A stretch of 64,000 nt of DNA from Eledone cirrhosa (lineage: Eukaryota). A program made the position numbers and the translations under genes. The notes under the pieces were generated by a model, which saw only the letters and a program-made list of their open reading frames with translations, had not been told where the DNA came from and searched no databases. Location: positions 215,946,001-216,010,000 of the forward strand of contig OZ024740.1 in assembly GCA_964016885.1 (NCBI GenBank). The letters are read 5' to 3'. This document shows, one piece after another, positions 37,020 to 50,329 of the stretch (positions are counted from its first letter, which is position 1; every line of letters starts with the position of its first letter).

Positions 37020-40000
37020 GATGGTCAGTTACTATAGCTGTTGTGTGGTGGTCAGTAAATATAGTTGTCCTTCTGTATTGAGGTAGTGGTGATGGTGTTA
37101 TTGGTCAGTTACTATAGCTGTTGTTGTGTTGTGGTGGTGATAGTCTTGGTGGTAGTGGTGATGGTGTTATTGGTCAGTTACTATAGCTGTTGTTGTGTTG
37201 TGGTGGTGATAGTCTTGGTGGTAGTGGTGATGGGATTATTGGTCAGTTACTATAGCTGTGGTGGTAATGGTGGTGTTATTGGTCAGTTACTATAGCTGTT
37301 GTTGTGTGGTGGTGGTGATAGTCTTGGTGGTAGAGGTGGTGGTGTTATTGGTCAGTTACTATAGCTGTGATGATAGTGGTGGTGGTAGAGGTGGTGGTGT
37401 TATTGGTCAGTTACTATAGCTGTGGTGGTAATGGTGGTGTTATTGGTCAGTTACTATAGCTGTTGTTGTGTGGTGGTGGTGATAGTCTTGGTGGTAGAGG
37501 TGGTGGTGTTATTGGTCAGTTAATATAGCTGTGATGATAGTGGTGGTGGTAGAGGTGGTGGTGTTATTGGTCAGTTACTAGAGCTGTGGTGGTAATGGTG
37601 GTGTTATTGGTCAGTTACTACAGCTGTGCTGGTAGTGGTGGTTGTGTTAGTGGTGTTACTAGTCAGTTACTAGAGTTGTTGTGTGGTGGTGGTAGCGGTG
37701 TGACTGGTCAGTTACTGGAGCTGTTGTTGTGTGGTGGTGGTAGTGGTGTGACTGGTCAGTTACTAGAGCTGTTGTTGTGGTGGTGGTGGTGGTATTACTG
37801 GTCAGTTACTAGAGCTGTTGTTGTGTGGTGGTGGTAGTGGTGTGACTGGTCAGTTACTGGAGCTGTTGTTGTGGTGGTGGTGTTACTGGTCAGTTACTAG
37901 AGCTGTTGTTGTGGTGGTAGTGGTGTTACTGGTCAGTTAATAGAGCTGTTGAGTTGTGGTGGGGGTGGTAGTCGTGTTACTGGTAAGTTACTAGAGCTGT
38001 TGTTGTGTTGTGGTGGTGGTGGTAGTGGTGTTACTGGTCAGTTACTAGAGCTGTTGTTGTGTTGTGGTGATGGTGGTGTTACTGGTAAGTTACTAGAGCT
38101 GTTGTGTGGTGGTGGTGGTAGCGGTGTTACTGGTAAGTTACTAGAGCTGTTGTGTGGTGGTGGTGGTGGTGGTAGTGGTGTTACTGGTCAGTTACTAGGG
38201 CTGTTGTTGTGTGGTGGTGGTAGTGGTGTTACTGGTCAGTTACTAGGGCTGTTGTTGTGTGGTGGTGGTAGTGGTGTTACTGGTCAGTTACTAGGGCTGT
38301 TGTGTGGTGGTGGTAGTGGTGTTACTGGTAAGTTACTAGAGCTGTTGTGTAGGGGTGGTGGCGTTACTGGTCAGTTACTAGAGCTGTTGTGTTGTGGTGG
38401 TAGTGGTGTTACTGGTCAGTTACTAGAGGTGTTGTTGTGTTGTGGTGGTGGTGGTGTTACTGGTCAGTTACTAGAGCTGTTGTGTTGTGGTGGTAGTGGT
38501 GTTACTGGTCAGTTACTAGAGCTGTTGTTGTCTGCTGGTGGTGGTAGTGGTGTTACTGGTCAGTTACTAGAGCAGTTGTTGTGTTGTGGTAGTAGTGGTG
38601 TTACTGGTCAGTTACTAGAGCTGTTGTTGTGTTGTGGTGGTAGTGGTGTTACTGGTCAGTTACTAGAGCTGTTGTTGTCCGGTGGTAGTGGTGTTACTGG
38701 TCAGTTACTAGAGCTGTTGTGGTGTTGTGGTGATGGTGGTGTTACTGGTCAGTTGCTAGAGCTCTTGTGTGGTGGTAGTGGTGTTACTAATCAGTTACTA
38801 GCGCTGTTGTTGTGGTGGTGGTAGTGGTGTTACTGGTCAGTTACTAGAGCTGTTGTGTGGTAGTAGTGATGTTACTGGTCAGTTACTAGAGCTGTTGTTG
38901 TGGTGGTGGTGGTAGTGGTGGGAGTGGTCAGTTACTAGAGCTGTTGTGTGGTAGTAGTGTGACTGGTCAGTTAGAACAGTTGTTGGGTTGTGGTGGTGTT
39001 ACTGGTCATTTACTAGAGCTGTTGTTGTGTTGTGATGGTAGTGGTGTTACTGGTCAGTTACTAGAGCTGTTGTTGTGTGGTAGTGGTGTTACTGGTCAGT
39101 TACTAGGTGCTGTTGTTGTGGTGGTGGTGTTACCGGTCAGTTACTAGAACTGTTGTGGTGGTGTTACTGGTCAGTTACTAGAGCTGATGTGTTGTGGTGG
39201 TGTTACTGGTCAGTTACTAGAGCTGTTGTGTGGTGGTGGTAGTGGTCTGGTCAGTTACTAGAGCTGTGTGGTGGTGGTAGTGGTGTGACTGGTCAGTTAC
39301 TAGAGCTGTTGTTGTGTGGTGGTGGTAGTGGTGTGACTGGTCAGTTACTGGAGCTGTTGTTGTGGTGGTGGTGTTACTGGTCAGTTACTAGAGCTGTTGT
39401 TGTGGTGGTAGTGGTGTTACTGGTCAGTTACTAGAGCTGTTGAGTTGTGGTGGGGGTGGTAGTCGTGTTACTGGTAAGTTACTAGAGCTGTTGTGTTGTG
39501 GTGGTGGTGGTAGCGGTGTTACTGGTCAGTTACTAGAGCTGTTGAGTTGTGGTGGGGGTGGTAGTCGTGTTACTGGTAAGTTACTAGAGCTGTTGTTGTG
39601 TTGTGGTGGTGGTGGTAGTGGTGTTACTGGTCAGTTACTAGAGCTGTTGTTGTGTTGTGGTGGTGGTGGTGTTACTGGTAAGTTACTAGAGCTGTTGTTG
39701 TGTGGTGGTGGTGGTAGCGGTGTTACTGGTCAGTTACTAGAGCTGTTGTGTGGTGGTGGTGGTAGTGGTGTTACTGGTCAGTTACTAGGGCTGTTGTGTG
39801 GTAGTGGTGGTGGTAGTGATGTTACTGGTCAGTTACTAGGGCTGTTGTGTGGTGGTTGTGGTGGTAGTTATGTTACTGGTAAGTTACTAGAGCTGTTGTT
39901 GTGTGGTGGTGGTGGTGGTAGTGGTGTTACTGGTAAGTTACTAGAGCTGTTGTGTGGTGGTGGTGGTGGTGGTGGTAGTGGTGTTACTGGTCAGTTACTA

Positions 40001-43000
40001 GGGCTGTTGTTGTGTGGTGGTGGTAGTGGTGTTACTGGTCAGTTACTAGAGCAGTTGTTGTGTGGTGGTGGTAGTGGTGTTACTGGTCAGTTACTAGGGC
40101 TGTTGTGTGGTGGTTGTGGTGGTAGTTATGTTACTGGTAAGTTACTAGAGCTGTTGTTGTGTGGTGGTGGTGGTGGTAGTGGTGTTACTGGTAAGTTATT
40201 AGAGCTGTTGTGTGGTGGTGGTGGTGGTGGTAGTGGTGTTACTGGTCAGTTACTAGGGCTGTTGTTGTGTGGTGGTGGTAGTGGTGTTACTGGTCAGTTA
40301 CTAGAGCAGTTGTTGTGTGGTGGTGGTAGTGGTGTTACTGGTCAGTTACTAGGGCTGTTGTGTGGTGGTGGTAGTGGTGTTACTGGTCAGTTACTAGAGC
40401 TGTTGTGTTGTGGTGGTAGTGTTACAGGTTAGTTACTAGAACTGTTGTGTTGTGGTGGTGGTGGTAGTGGTGTTACTGGTAAGTTACTAGAGCTGTTGTG
40501 TAGGGGTGGTGGCGTTACTGGTCAGTTACTAGAGCTGTTGTGTTGTGGTAGTAGTGGTGTTACTGGTCAGTTACTAGAGGTGTTGTTGTGTTGTGGTGGT
40601 AGTGGTGTTACTGGTCAGTTACTAGAACTGTTGTTGTGTTGGTGGTGGTAGTGGTGTTACTGGTCAGTTACTAGAGCAGTTGTTGTGTTGTGGTGGTAGT
40701 GGTGTTACTGGTCAGTTACTAGAGCTGTTGTTGTGTTGTGGTGGTAGTGGTGTTACTGGTCAGTTACTAGAGCTGTTGTTGTCTGGTGGTGGTGGTAGTG
40801 GTGTTACTGGTCAGTTACTAGAGCAGTTGTTGTGTTGTGGTGGTAGTGGTGTTACCGGTCAGTTACTAGAACTGTTGTTGTGTTGTGGTGGTAGTGGTGT
40901 TACTGGTCAGTTACTAGAGCTGTTGTCTGGTGGTAGTGGTAGTGGTGTTACTGGTCAGTTACTAGAGCTGTTGTTGTGGTGGTGGTGGTGTTACTGGTCA
41001 GTTGCTAGAGCTCTTGTGTGGTGGTAGTGGTGTTACTAGTTAGTTACTAGCGCTGTTGTTGTGGTGGTGGTAGTGGTGTTACTGGTCAGTTACTAGAGCT
41101 GTTGTTGGGTTGTGGTGGTGTTACTGGTCATTTACTAGAGCTGTTGTTGTGTTGTGATGGTAGTGGTGTTACTGGTCAGTTACTAGAGCTGTTGTTGTGT
41201 GGTAGTGGTGTTCCTGGTCAGTTACTAGGTGTTGTTGTGGTGGTGGTGTTACCGGTCAGTTACTAAATCTGTTGTGGTGGTGGTAGTGGTGTTACTGGTC
41301 AGTTACTAGAGCTGTTGTTGTGGTGGTGGTAGTGGTGTTACTGGTCAGTTACTAAATCTGTTGTTGTGGTGGTGGTAGTGGTGTTACTAGTCAGTTACTG
41401 GAGCTGTTGATGTGTGGTAGTCGTGTTACTGGTTAGTGACTATAGCTGCTGTCGTGTGGTAGAGGTGTTACTGGTCAGTTAGAGCTGTTGTTGGGTTCTG
41501 GTGGTGTTACTGGTCAGTTATTATAGTGGTGGTTGTGGTGTGACTGGACAGTTACTGGAGCTGTTGTGGTGTGGTGGTGTTACTGGTCAGTTACTAGAGC
41601 TGTTGATGTGTTGTGGTGGTGTTACTGGTCAGTTACTAGGTGTTGTGTTGTGGTAGTGTTACTGGTAAGTTACTAGAGCTGTTGTTGCTTTGTGGTGGTG
41701 ATGGTGTTACTGGTCAGTGACTAGAGCTGTTGTGTGTGGTGGTAGTGGTGTTACTGGTCAGTTACTAGAGCTGATGTGTTGTGGTGGTGTTACTGTTCAG
41801 TTACTAGAGCTGTTGTGTGGTGGTGGTAGTGGTCTGGTCAGTTACTAGAGCTGTTGTGTGGCAGTGGTAGTGGTGAGTTACTAGAGCTGTTGTGGTGGTG
41901 ATGGTAGTGGTGTTACTGATGAGTTAATAGAGCTGTTGTTGTCTTGTAGTGGTGGTGTTACTGGTCAGTTACTAGAACTGTTGTTGTGTGGTGGTTGTAA
42001 TGGTGTTACTGGTCAGTTACTAGTGGTGTTGTTGTTGTGGTGGTGATGGTAGTGGTGTTACTGGTCAGTTACTAGAGCTGTTGTGTTGTAGTGGGGTTAC
42101 TGGTCAGTTACTAGAACTGTTGTTGTGTTGGTGGTAGTGGTGTTACTAGTCAGTTACTAGAGATGTTGTGTGGTAGTGGTATTACTGGTCAGCGACTAGA
42201 GCTGTTGTGTGGTAGTGGTGTTACTGGTCAGTTACAAGAGGTGTTGTTGTGTTGTGGTGGTGGTGGTGTTCCTGGTCAGGAACTAGAGCTGTTGTTGTGT
42301 TGTGGTGGTAGTGGTGTTACTGGTGAGTTACTAGAGCTGTTGTTGTGTTGTGGTGGTAGTGGTGTTACTGGTCAGTTACTAGAGCTGTTTTGTTGTGGTG
42401 GTAGTAGTGTTACTGGTCAGTTACTAGAGCTGTTGTGTTGTGGTAGTAGTGGTGTTACTGGTCAGTTACTAGAGCTGTTGTTGTGTTGTGTTGTGGTAGT
42501 AGTGGTGTTACTGGTTAGTTACTAGAGCTGTTGTGTGGATGGGGTGATGGTGTTACTGGTCAGTTACTAGAGCTGTTGTGTGGATGGGGTGGTGGTGTTA
42601 CTGGTCAGTTACTAGAGCTGTTGTGTGGATGGGGTGGTGGTGTTACTGGTCAGTTAGAGATGTTGTCTGGTGGTAGTGGTAGTGATGTTACTGGTCAGTT
42701 ACTAGAGCTGTTGTTGTGTTGTGTTGTGGTAGTAGTGGTGTTACTGGTTAGTTACTAGAGCTGTTGTGTGGATGGGGTGGTGGTGTTACTGGTCAGTTAC
42801 TAGAGCTGTTGTGTTGATGGGGTGGTGGTGTTACTGGTCAGTTACTAGAGCTGTTGTGTGGATGGGGTGGTGGTGTTACTGGTCAGTTAGTAGAGATGTT
42901 GTCTGGTGGTGGTGGTAGTGATGTTACTGGTCAGTTACTAGAGCTGTTGTGTTGTGTTGTGTTGTGGTAGTAGTGGTGTTACTGGTCAGTTACTAGAGCT

Positions 43001-46000
43001 GTTGTTGTGTGTTAGTAGTGGTGTTACTCGTCAGTTAATAGAGCTGCTGTTGTGGTGGTGGTAGCAGTGGTGTTACTGGTCAGTTACTAGAGCTGTTGTT
43101 GTGGTGGTGGTAGTGGCGTGACTGGTCAGTTACTAGAGCTGTTGTGTCGTGGTGGTAGTGGTGTTACTGGTCAGTTACTAGAGCTGTTGTTGTGTTGTGG
43201 TGGTGTTACTAGTCAGTTACTAGAGCTGTTGTTGTGTTGTGGTGGTAGTGGTGTTACTAGTCAGTAACTAAATCTGTTGTAGCAGTGGGGTAGTGTTACT
43301 GGTCAGTTACTAGAGCTGTTGTTGTGTGGTAGAGGTGTTACTGGCCAGTTAGAGCTGTTGTTGGGTTCTGGTGGTGTTACTGGTCAGGTACTAGAGCTAC
43401 TGTTGTGGTGGTAGTGGCATTACTGGTCAGTTACTAGTGTTGTTGTTGTGTTGTGGTGGTGTAACTGGTCAGTTACTAGAGGTGTTGTAGTGGTGTGGTG
43501 GTGGTAGTGGTGTTATTGGTCAGTTACTAGAGCTGTTGTGTGGTGGTAGTAGTGGTGTTACTGGTCAGTTACTAGAGCTGTTGTGGTAGTGGTGTTAATG
43601 GTCAGTTACTAGAGCTGTTGTGTGGTGGTGGTGGTGGTGGTGTTACTGCACAGTTACTAGAGCTGTTGTTGTGTGGTGGTGGTAGTGGTGTAACTGGTCA
43701 GTTACTAGAGCTGTTGTGTGGTGGTGGAAGTGGTGTTACTGGTCAGTTACTAGAGCTGTTGTGTTGTGGTGGTAGTAGTGTTACTGGTCAGTTACAAGAG
43801 GTGTTGATGTGGTGGTGGCAGCTGTGTTACTGGTCAGTTACTAGAGCTGTTGTTGTCTGCTGGTGGTGGTGGTAGTGGTGTTACTGGTCAGTTACTAGAG
43901 CTGTTGTTGTGTGGTGGTGTTAGTGGTGTAACTGGTCAGTTACTAGGGTTGTGGTTGTGGTAGTGGTGTTACTGGTCAGTTACTAGATTTGTGGTTGTGG
44001 TAGTGGTGTTACTGGTCAGTTACTAGAGTGGTTGTGGTGGTGGTGGGGGGGTTACTGGTCAGTTACTAAATCTATTGTTGTGTTGTGGTGGTAGTGGTGT
44101 TACTGGTCAGTTACTAGAGCTGTTGTTGTCTGGTGGTAGTGGTAGTGGTGTTACTGGTCAGTTACTACAGCTGTTGTTGTGTTGTGGTGGTGTTACTGGT
44201 CAGTTATTATAGATGTTGTGGAGGTGGTGGTGGTTGTGGTGGTGTGACACGTCTGTTACTAGAGCTGGTGTTGTGTTGTGGTCAGTTACTAAAGCTGTTG
44301 TGTTGGGGTGGTAGTGGTGTTACTGGTCAGTTACTAGAGCAGTTGTGTTGTGATGGTAGTGTTGTTATTGGTCAGTTACTAGAGCTGTTGTTGTGTGGTG
44401 GTGGTAGTGGTGTAACTGGTCAGTTACTAGAGCTGTTGTTGTGTGGTGGTGCTAGGGGTGTTACTGGTCAGTTACTAAAGCTGTTGTCGTGGGGATGGTA
44501 ATGGTGTTACTGGTCAGTTACTAGAGCTGTGGTGTTGTGGGGGTAGTGGTGTTACTGGTCTGTTACTAGAGCTGTTGTTGTCTCCTGGTGGTGGTAGTGG
44601 TGTTACTGGTCAGTTGCTAGAGCTGTTTTTGTGTTGTGGTGGTGATGGTGTTACTGGTCTGTTACTAGAGCTGTTGTTGTCTGCTGGTGGTGTTAGTGGT
44701 GTAACTGGTCAGTTACTAGAGCTGTTGTTGTGTGGTTGTGGTAGTGGTGTTACTGGTCAGTTACTAGAGCTGTTGTTGTGGTGGTGGTGTTACTGGTGAT
44801 TTACTAGAGCTGTTGTGGTGGTGATGGTAGTGGTGTTACTGATCAGTTACTAGAGCTGTTATTGTGTTGTGATGGTATGTGGTGTTACTGGTCAGTTACT
44901 AAAGCTGTTGTCGTGGGGATGGTAATGGTGTTACTGGTAAGTTACTAGAGCTGTTGTGTAGGGGTGGTGGTTTTACTCGTCAGTTACTAGAGCTGTTGTG
45001 GTGGTGGTGGTAGTGGTGTTACTGGTTAGTCACTAGAGCTGTTGTTGTGGTGGTGGTGGTGGTGTTACTGGTGAGTTACTAGAGCTGTTGTTGTGTGGTA
45101 GTGGTGGTGTTACTGGTCAGTTACTAGAGCTGTTGTGGTGGTGGTGGTGGTAGTGGTGTTACTGGTCAGTTACTAGAGCTGTTGTGTTTTGGTGGTGTTA
45201 CTGGTGAGTTACTAGAGCTGTTGTGGTGTTGTGGTGGTGGTGGTGTTACTGGTCAGTTACTAGAGCTGTTGTTGTGTGGTGGTAGTGGTGTTACTGGTCA
45301 GTTACTAGAGCTGTTGTGTTGTGGTGGTGATGGTGTTACTGGTCAGTTACTGGAGCTGTTGTGTTGTGGTGGTAGTGGTGTTACTGGTGAGTTACTAGAG
45401 CTGTTGTGGTGTTGTGGTGGTAGTGGTTTTACTGGTCAGTTACTAGAGCTGTTGTGTTGTGGTGGTAGTAGTGTTACTGGTCAGTTGCTAGAGCTCTTGT
45501 GTGGTGGTAGTGGTGTTACTGGTCAGTTACTAGATCAGTTGTGTTGTGGTGGTTGTGGTGTTATTGGTCAGTTGCTAGAGCTCTTGTTGTTGTGGTGGTA
45601 GTGGTGTTACTGGTCAGTTACTACAGCTGTTGCATTGTGGTGGTGGTGTTACTGGTCAGTTACTACAGCTGTTGCATTGTGGTGGTGGTGTTACTGGTCA
45701 GTTACTAGAGCTGTTGTGTTGTGGTGGTGGTAGTGGTGTTACTGGTCAGTTACTAGAGCTGTTGTTGTGTGGTGGTGGTGGTGTTACTGGTCAGTTACTA
45801 GAGCTGTTGTTATGTTGTTGTGGGGGTAGTGGTGTTACTGGTCAGTTACAAGAGCTGTTGTGTGGACGTGGTGGTGGTGTTACTAGTCAGTTAGTAGAGC
45901 TGTTGCGTTATGGTGGTAGTGGTGTTACTGGTCAGTTACTAGAGCTGTTGTTGTGTTGTGGTGATAGTGGTGTTACTGGTCAGTTGCTAGAGCTGCTGTT

Positions 46001-46952
46001 CTGTTGTGGTGGTAGTAGTGTTGTTACTGGTCAGTTACTAGAGCTGTTGTTGTGGTGGTAGTGTTGTTACTGGTCAGTTACTAGAGCTGTTATTGTGTTG
46101 TGGTGGTAGTGGTGTTACTGGTCAGTTACGAGAGCTGTTGATGTGTTGTGGTGGTGGTGGTGTTACTGGTCAGTTACTAGAGCTGTTGTTGTGTTGTGGT
46201 GGTGGTGGTGTTACTGGTCAGTTACTAGAGCTGTTGTGTGGTGGTGGTGGTAGTGGTGTTTTTGGTCAGTTGATGTGTTGTGGTGGTGGTGGTGTTACTG
46301 GTCAGTTACTAGAGCTGTTGTGTTGTTGTGGTGGTAGTGGTGTTACTGGTCAGTTACTAGAGCTGTTGTTGTGTTGTGGTGGTGGTGGTGGTAGTGGTGT
46401 TACTGGTCAGTTACTAGAGCTGTTGTTGTGTGGTGGTGGTAGTGGTGTTACTGGTCAGTTACTAGAGCCTGTTGTGTTGTGGTGGTGGTCAATTATTATA
46501 GCTGTTGTTATGTTAAGGCGGTGGTGGTGGTGGTGGTGGTCAGTTATTACAGCTGCTGTTGTGTGTGGTGGTACTAGTCAGTTACTGGAGCTGTTGGTGT
46601 GTGTTGGTGGTGATGGTGTTGGTAGTGGTCAGTTATTACAGCTGCTGTTGTGTGTGGTGGTACTAGTCAGTTACCAGAGCTGTTGGTGTGTGTGTTGGTG
46701 GTGATGGTGTTAGTAGTGGTCAGTTATTACTGCTGTTGGTGTTGGTGGTGATGGTGTTGGTAGTGGTCAGTTATTACTGCTGTTGTTGGTGATGGTGTTG
46801 GTAGTGGTCAGTTATTACTGCTGTTGGTGGTGGTGGTGGTCAGTTATTACTGCTGTTGGTGGTGGTGATAGTGTTGGTAGTGGTCAGTTATTACTGCTGT
46901 TGGTGGTGGTGGTGGTGATGGTGTTGGTAGTGTTGGTCAGTTACTGTAGCTG
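37020..46952. repeat. About 10-kb composite satellite: constant 23-bp core GTTACTGGTCAGTTACTAGAGCT with variable (GTT)n(GT)(GGT)n spacers
   Basis: The core recurs roughly every 35-55 bp (an estimated 200-250 units); diverged cores occur at both ends. Confidence 0.97.
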
Positions 46953-47043
46953 TCCTTAACAATGCCGGACATAGCTGGACACTTTTGGACTTGGCAAGAC
47001 ATAAGCTAGAAACTATGCTGGAAATGAATCTAATTAGAAATAT

Positions 47044-47532
47044 GGGAGAGAGAGAGAGAGAGATGGGGGAGGGAGAGAAAACATAAAGAAGGTGAAAAGG
47101 AGAGAAAGAAATGAGAGGGGAGAAGAGAGAGAGGAGTAAAACCTAAAAGGGGAGAGGAGAGAGAAGGTGAGATAGTGGGAGGAAAACAAGAGCCTCAAGA
47201 AAGTGAAGAGAGATAGATAGATAGAGAGACACAGATAGATAGGTAGAGAGAGAGAGAGAGACATCAGATAGAGAGAGGTAGAGAAGTAGAGAGAGAGAGA
47301 GAGAGAGAGGTAGAGAGAGATGAGATAGATAGAGAGATAGAGACATCAGATAGAGATAGATAGAGAGGTAGAGAGAGAGAGAGAGAGATAGAGAGATGGG
47401 ATAGAGATAGATAGAGTGAGAGAGAGAGACATCAGATAGAGATAGATACATAGACACACACACACACATCAGATAGAGAGAGAGAGCAAGAGAGAGTGAG
47501 TGAGAGAGAGAGAGAGAGGGGGGGAGTGAGAG
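47044..47532. repeat. (GA)n/(GATA)n purine-rich tract
   Basis: Directly visible. Confidence 0.93.
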
Positions 47533-47784
47533 AGGTGTGCCTGTATGGAGGAGGGAATTCAGTGGTCAGCTTCCAAAGAAATTATGAGTTGCATTAGTAT
47601 GTGTTTACTTGGAGATGTATTGCTGATTATTGTTGTCGTTGTTGTTTCTATGGTTGCTGGCAGTAGTAGTGATGATGGTGGTGGTGGTGGGGGTGATGAT
47701 TGTGCTGATGGCGATGATGATGATAATGGTGGTGGAAGGAGTGTTGGTGGCTACGATGATTGGGGGGGGGGGATTATCGTGACG

Positions 47785-49064
47785 GTGATGGGGACTATGG
47801 TGGTGGTGATGGAGATTATGGTGGTGGTGATGGAGATTATGGTGGTGGTGATGGGGATTATGGTGGTGGTGATGGGGAGTATGGTGGTGGTGATGGGGAC
47901 TATGGTGGTGGTGATGGGGACTATGGTGGTGGTGATTGTGATGATGGTGGTGATGGGGACTATGGTGGTGGTGATGGGGACTATGGTGGTGGTGATGGGG
48001 ACTATGGTGGTGGTGATGGGGACTATGGTGGTGGTGATGGGGACTATGGTGGTGGTGATGGGGATTATGGTGGTGGTGATGGGGACTATGGTGGTGGTGA
48101 TGGGGATTATGGTGGTGGTGATGGGGACTATGGTGGTGGCGATTGTGATGGTGGTGGTGATTGGGACTATGGTGGTGGTGAAGGGGACTATGGTGGTGGT
48201 GATGGGGGTTATGGTGGTGGTGATGGGGACTATGGTGGTGGTGATGGGGAGTATGGTGGTGGTGATGGTGGAGATTATGGTGGTGGTGATGGTGGGGATT
48301 ATGGTGGTGGTGGTGGTGGAGATTATGGTGGTGGTGATGGTGGAGATTATGGTGGTGGTGGTGGGGATTATGGTGGTGGTGGTGGTGGAGATTATGGTGG
48401 TGGTGATGGTGGGATTATGGTGGTGGGGATTATGGTGGTGGTGATGGTGGAGATTATGGTGGTGGTGGTGGTGGGGATTATGGTGGTGGTGGGGGGGGGG
48501 ATTATGGTGGTGGTGGTGGGGATTATGGTGGTGGTGGTGGAGATTATGGTGGTGGTGGTGGAGATTATGGTGGTGGTGGGGATTATGGTGGTAGTGATGG
48601 TGGGGATTATGGTGGTGGTGGTGGTGGAGATTATGGTGGTGGTGGTGGTGGGGATTATGGTGGTGGTGGAGATTATGGTGGTGGTGGTGGTGGGGATTAT
48701 GGTGGTGGTGATGGTGGAGATTATGGTGATGGTGGTGGTGGAGATTATGGTGGTGGTGGTGGGGATTATGGTGGTGGTGGTGGTGGAGATTATGGTGATG
48801 GTGGTGGTGGAGATTATGGTGGTGGTGGTGGTGGGGATTATGGTGATGGTGGTGGTGGAGATTATGGTGGTGGTGATGGTGGAGATTATGGTGGTGGTGA
48901 TGGTGGGGATTATGGTGATGGTGGTGGTGGAGATTATGGTGGTGGTGATGGTGGGGATTATGGTGATGGTGGTGGTGGAGATTATGGTGATGGTGGTGGT
49001 GGAGATTATGGTGGTGGTGGTGGAGATTATGGTGGTGGTGGTGGAGATTATGGTGGTGGTGGTG
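47785..49064. repeat. G-rich ~18-24-bp minisatellite GGRGAYTAT(GGT)nGAT
   Basis: Directly visible; source of the GDYGGG and His-rich pseudo-ORFs. Confidence 0.95.
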
Positions 49065-49164
49065 AATGATGGAGTGGTTGCTGTGAATAATGCAAGTTTG
49101 ATTGTAATTAGTTGTAGCTTTTGATGTATGCCTTTTGATAATGTAACCACCACCATGAGCAGTG

Positions 49165-49216
<52 letters not shown>

Positions 49217-49358
49217 AGGCATACACATATAGACACAATCATTATTTTACATATTAAACATACATATACACAATTTAGATATATTTCAAACATTTCTTAT
49301 GTTCTAACCTGGATAGTGGCCCAATATATATATATATGTGTGTGTGTATATATATATA

Positions 49359-49421
<63 letters not shown>

Positions 49422-49462
49422 GTGTGTGTGTATATATATATATGTATGTGCGTGTGTGTGTG

Positions 49463-49493
<31 letters not shown>

Positions 49494-49694
49494 AAATGAA
49501 GTATTTCTGTCGGAAAGGTACAGGAAAGAAGAGTTCATCTCATTTTTTATATATATATATATATATATTGAGTTCTTCATACGGATTGGATACTACCGTA
49601 AACTCTTGGTAGATTTATCTACATATATATATATATATATATATAAACAAGGTTTAGCAAATAATGAAAAAGTTTCAATATATATATATATATA

Positions 49695-49930
49695 CCTGCC
49701 AGACAGTCCACGCTGTAATGTGGTCGTGTAGGCAACACGGTAAAAACCTCCCAGCCCCACACTGTAAATGTGGTTGGTGTTAGGAAGGGCATCCAACTGT
49801 AGAAAACCCGCCAGACAGTCCTATGCGAGCAAGACAACCACTCTTGCCTCAAGTGGGAAAACTCCCGTCCAAACCCATGCAAGCATGGAACACGGACGTT
49901 AAACGATGATGATGATGATGATGATGATGA
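49695..49930 (+). mobile_element. RTE LINE 3' UTR with (GAT)n tail
   Basis: Near-identical to the reverse complement of 52761-52970. Confidence 0.88.
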
Positions 49931-49931
49931 T

Positions 49932-49963
<32 letters not shown>

Positions 49964-49979
49964 GTATATATATGTATAT

Positions 49980-50073
<94 letters not shown>

Positions 50074-50077
50074 GTAT

Positions 50078-50126
<49 letters not shown>

Positions 50127-50161
50127 TATATCTATATATAAACATATATCTTTATAGATAT

Positions 50162-50325
50162 AATTGTTTCTACTTTTGGCACAAGGCCAGCAATTATCCC
50201 AGTGGTACTTTATTTTATCGACCCTGTAAGGATGAAAGGCAAAGTTAACCTCGGCGGGATTTGAACTCAGACCATAAAGGGCCATAACTCTTTGCTGCAA
50301 AGCATGGTGTCTGATCTTCTACCGA
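50162..50325 (-). mobile_element. SINE family A copy
   Basis: Diagnostic central block and B-box. Confidence 0.9.
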
Positions 50326-50329
50326 ATAT

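Noticed and set aside
37020-46952. CRISPR-like repeat-spacer appearance
   Set aside because: The spacers are low-complexity GTT/GGT runs of variable length, not unique sequences; there are no cas genes and the context is eukaryotic.
37949-49238. Gly/Cys/Leu-rich and GDYGGG or His-rich ORFs resembling structural proteins
   Set aside because: Frames break at random with spacer length changes; these are translations of satellites.
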